53,088 nt of DNA from Octopus bimaculoides (Eukaryota): positions 124,361,847 to 124,414,934 of the forward strand of contig NC_068982.1 of NCBI RefSeq assembly GCF_001194135.2. The letters run 5' to 3'. Positions 50,270-53,088 of the stretch are shown piece after piece. Position 1 is the stretch's first letter. Each line of letters opens with the position of its first letter. Both the position numbers and the translations under genes were made by a program. Under the pieces are notes generated by a model. It was not told the DNA's origin. It worked only from the letters and a program-made list of their open reading frames with translations, and made no database searches.

Positions 50270-51370
50270 CTAGCTGGTGTACCCGGTAATTCCCGGGGGT
50301 AAAGATGTTCTATTGAAAAGTCATATTACTCTGATATAAGAAAGCAATTTCGTTATGACTGCCACAAAAGGTGTATTTTCTGTCACGAAAAAGTAGAAAA
50401 ACTGTCAGCTGGAGGAGGGAGAGATTGTTGGAGGTTGGTGGGAGGCAAAGACATTATTCTGCTTAGAGAAGGTATCTGGGAAATGTATAACGCTGTCATT
50501 CACAGACACACTATTGTTTTACCGTGAGAAAAGCGTTGTTGAGGTGTTAAGTGAAATTTGACAATCGAGGATCGAATCCACGCTATGCCTGCATGAAGCC
50601 ACAACAAAAACGTTGTGGAAGAAAAAATTCTCTCCTGTCATGGAGAAAGTGTAACTGTAAAAATGCAGAATTATCGGAGTAATGGGCATTCAAAAAAGTA
50701 TGTATGTATAGAAATGTATGAATGAAGAGATTCAAATTAAGGAAGTGCAATAATAATGTTTAGCAGTTCAAAACTGTGAGTTGTGAAATGCAGAATTAGG
50801 TCGGATAATCGTGAGAATCAAATATTGCCCGCATCGCTAAAAACTGCAGGTGGCATGGGTTATTTCCCTTGGGTTGTTTAAATAAAATATTAGTAATATG
50901 TGGTAGATAGGAGGATCCATTGGATGGGCCCTATTATCGATTTTTTTTCAACAGTCTAAGTATGTCACGAGGTTTCCAGACATGAGTTCTACTCACATGT
51001 CAAATAAAGAATGAAAGTGATATTGTCTGCAAAAATTAGAAATTGGACACACAAAAAAATCAATATTCAAAGTAATCGAACATAAACTATGAAATAGGTT
51101 ATTTCCCTTGAGTTTTAAAAAATATTGTGCAGGTGGTATGGGTTATTTCCCTTGGGTGTTTAAACAATTAGTTATATGAGGTAGACATAAAGGTCCCTTC
51201 CAGGGACCGTATTATCGATTTTTTCAACAATCTAAGTATACCACGAGGTTTCCAGACATGAATTTTACTCACGTGTCAAGGTTCATCAAAATCAATAAAA
51301 CGATGTAGGAGGAGTTAGATAACAACGCCACAAACAAACACACACTGATTTTCCACTTATGTAGTATATA
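50270..51370 (-). mobile_element. Non-autonomous Helitron (about 1.1 kb)
   Basis: On -, a CCCGG/CCGGG hairpin, 8 nt, then CTAG|T at 50273-50269. The other end TATACTACATAAG runs into a gap. Internal 155-bp diverged direct repeat. Confidence 0.7.
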
Positions 51371-51568
51371 NNNNNNNNNNNNNNNNNNNNNNNNNNNNNN
51401 NNNNNNNNNNNNNNNNNNNNNNNNNNNNNNNNNNNNNNNNNNNNNNNNNNNNNNNNNNNNNNNNNNNNNNNNNNNNNNNNNNNNNNNNNNNNNNNNNNNN
51501 NNNNNNNNNNNNNNNNNNNNNNNNNNNNNNNNNNNNNNNNNNNNNNNNNNNNNNNNNTATATATATAT

Positions 51569-51862
51569 AAGGACGGATGAACCTAGTGTAAGTTAAACTA
51601 TAATCATAGCAAGGGCCCTCAGAAATTCCGGGTTGGTATCCGACATAGTGGAAGACCGCTGGGAGTGACACAACTCTTGGCTTTTGTTAAAGCATGTCTC
51701 TAGGAGAAGCTAACTCCGATATAAAACCTAGAGACATGCTTTAACAAAAGCCGAGGGTTGTCTCACTCTTAGTGCTCTTCCACCACGCCGGATACCAGCC
51801 CGGAATTTCTGAGGGCCCTTTCTATGATAATTGTTTAACTTACACTAATTTCATTCGTCCTT
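51569..51862. repeat. 294-bp foldback element (136-bp arms, 22-nt loop)
   Basis: 51569-51704 is the reverse complement of 51727-51862, with scattered, mostly transition, mismatches. Confidence 0.92.
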
Positions 51863-52805
51863 TTGACAGGACTTATTTTTAGTCCTGCTATGTTTCTAGT
51901 AATTCTCCTAACCAAGCAAGTATAGTGAAGGTGCCGATTTAGTCACCAATGATTTGACCATGCAACAAGTTGTACTGAATTCCGTGTTATCAGTAGCACT
52001 CACGAGAAACTTCAGAATTAAAAATTAGTTCTCATTAGGTGGAGTACTACTGGAATTGTGCTTCCTTACTATACAGGGTCAAGTTTTTGAACTGGTTCTG
52101 TATATGTAAAGTAATACGTGTTATCAACTCTGCAGTTATTTGCTTACTGTCAAATAAATGTGGATGAAAAAAAATTTTTAATTGATCAGGAGCCAGATAT
52201 ATTTACCAACTTAAACTGTCATTTTGTAGTTAAACCGGTCAAGTTCCTTACGATAATATAGCTGTTAATTTAATCCCTTATTGGTCAGGTTAAAACTCAA
52301 TTACATCCAAATGAAATATTTATCTCTATTCAAAAATTGAAAATACCTTTCTTTGTTTCCCATGTTTTCGTAGTAGAAAAGTGCTTTCACCTTCCAGACA
52401 CGTATCTTCTCGACTGCCAGTCTGGTCAAACAAAATGTTAAAATATATTATTGTTTTATAAAACATTTAAACAAAATCGCATATTCGTTTAGATACAGGG
52501 AAAAAAATGAATACTACTAGCCTAAAAAAGCTGAGCACTAAAAGATAGTAACGAAGTATATTTGATTGCCTGGGAAATAATTAGTAAGGCAAAACCTTAT
52601 AGAATAGGCGATAATAGATGTGACTTTTGTGTGGAAGAAATGTACCAAATCTTCACTTCTAAATTTACTCTTATAAACACAAGAAGAGGTTCTAAGATGT
52701 CCACATTTGAGAAAGTGTACGTTTAAATAATTTAAATAAACACAACTCACCATCTATAGAAATTATGCTAGTTACAATAATGACTATAATAACTAATGAT
52801 ATTTA

Positions 52806-52840
<35 letters not shown>

Positions 52841-52900
52841 ATAATAATAATAATAATAATAATAATCTATATTAACCAAAATGAAGTAGATTGACAAATT

Positions 52901-53088
52901 TATTTTTTGAACCAGTGGAAGACACGCAAGATGTCGAAATATTGTTCACGAGATAGCAAATGGCACTCTTCTTTTAATTTTGACTCTATATCTTCAGGAG
53001 GAGTTACCTCAATCCTTTCTATATTTTTTGAACCAGTGGAAGACACGCAAGATGTCGAAATATTGTTCACGAGATAGCAAATGGCACT
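52901..53088 (+). repeat. Two identical 67-bp direct repeats (period 121) containing a hammerhead-like fold
   Basis: 52901-52967 equals 53022-53088. Confidence 0.9.

Noticed and set aside
52347-52363. ATG GGA AAC AAA GAA AG|GTATTT as the transporter first coding exon
   Set aside because: It ends in phase 2 while the next identified exon starts in phase 0; no bridging exon was found.

Overview
AT-rich, microsatellite- and SINE-dense eukaryotic genomic DNA with several N-gaps. The repeat landscape suggests an octopus/cephalopod assembly (inference). Two spliced genes converge tail-to-tail about 14.5 kb apart. (1) On +, the 3' part of a TRPA1-like channel (coupling/linker domain, S1-S6, TRP-like helix, coiled coil). 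I reconstructed 11 exons by hand (1649-21534, about 495 aa), all GT-AG with consistent phases; the ankyrin exons lie upstream of the window. (2) On -, an Aa_trans-family (SLC32/36/38-related, AVT1-like) amino acid transporter with 7 exons (48899-36054, 425 aa); its first exon was not identified. The rest is tRNA-derived SINEs, RTE, R4/Dong-like, Tc1 and mariner fragments, a solo LTR, a non-autonomous Helitron, MITEs and long foldback palindromes. The best leads are a candidate 27-nt in-frame microexon adding an N-glycosylation sequon to the TRPA pore turret, and four loci with minimal type I hammerhead-ribozyme folds. One of these is fused behind a Pol III tRNA-like head, and one is a tandem pair with a non-canonical core. 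All calls are by eye; no database searches or folding programs were run.
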